Origin: an uncultured virus (IMG/VR IMGVR_UViG_3300034023_001061)
Lineage: Duplodnaviria; Heunggongvirae; Uroviricota; Caudoviricetes
Strand: one strand, 5' to 3'
IMG/VR virus record: IMGVR_UViG_3300034023_001061
Length of the DNA: 64,000 bases
Shown: positions 63,817-64,000 of the stretch, piece after piece
How the letters are laid out: each line of letters begins with the position of its first letter
Position numbering within the stretch: position 1 is the first letter of the stretch
Translations under genes and position numbers: made by a program
Notes under the pieces: model-generated
What the model was told of the DNA's origin: nothing
The model's input: only the letters and a program-made list of their open reading frames with translations
The model's database searches: none

Positions 63817-64000
63817 CGTTCCCTCGATACCTCGACGGCCCGTACACGAACACCCGCTACGTCGCGGAGCGCCTGATCGTCGCCAGCGAAGACGGGGCCG
63901 CAGAATCGGTGACCGAGCGTACCGTAAAACTCGACCTACGCAACGACGGAGAAGCCGCTGCGTTCCCCGTCGAGTCGCACGGTCGCATCGCGATCGACGA
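63813..64000 (+). CDS. Probable paralog of phosphatase 48248-48775 (3' partial)
   Basis: RYVAERLIVA..LDLR versus RYVAPRLVIA..LDLR. Confidence 0.5.
   Translation, partial: MTFPRYLDGPYTNTRYVAERLIVASEDGAAESVTERTVKLDLRNDGEAAAFPVESHGRIAID

Larger units (their letters stand above)
1..64000. mobile_element. Phage/prophage early and replication region
   Basis: Dense small ORFs with 4-nt overlaps; Rep, DnaB, DnaC, YqaJ, RecT, DUF5131; no housekeeping genes. Confidence 0.9.

Noticed and set aside
1..64000. tRNA, rRNA, integrase, att sites, tnpA
   Set aside because: None recognised by eye; tRNAscan-SE and HMM searches would be needed to exclude them.

Overview
High-GC, densely packed bacteriophage or prophage segment holding the early, middle and replication genes. 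No integrase, capsid, terminase, rRNA, tRNA or CRISPR array was recognised. Genes run mostly on the minus strand from 1.1 to 27.2 kb and on the plus strand from 27.3 to 64 kb, diverging from back-to-back promoters, and most are coupled by ATGA/GTGA overlaps. Recognisable genes: replication initiator, DnaC-like loader, DnaB helicase, thymidine kinase, DNA methyltransferase, RecU-like resolvase, T5orf172 nuclease, YqaJ/RecT, two tandem XRE-HTH/sigma70-region-4 proteins, a HigA-like / ADP-ribosyltransferase-like / metallophosphoesterase trio, GNAT, tyrosine phosphatase-like, SLOG, MazG-like, ASCH-like, DUF5131 and two tnpB elements. A myxobacterial host is an inference only. Two signals stand out. 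(1) A family of IS200/IS605-type elements (one with tnpB, two miniature, one doubtful) sits antisense exactly inside RTGA stop/start overlaps; the right end supplies a replacement stop codon and the left end an outward RBS (plus ATG in the two minis), so neighbouring proteins are kept. (2) About 30 copies of an ECF-like promoter motif (TRAAK or TAAGR, N16-17, CGTM) lie directly before start codons. All protein family calls come from motif recognition by eye, not database searches.
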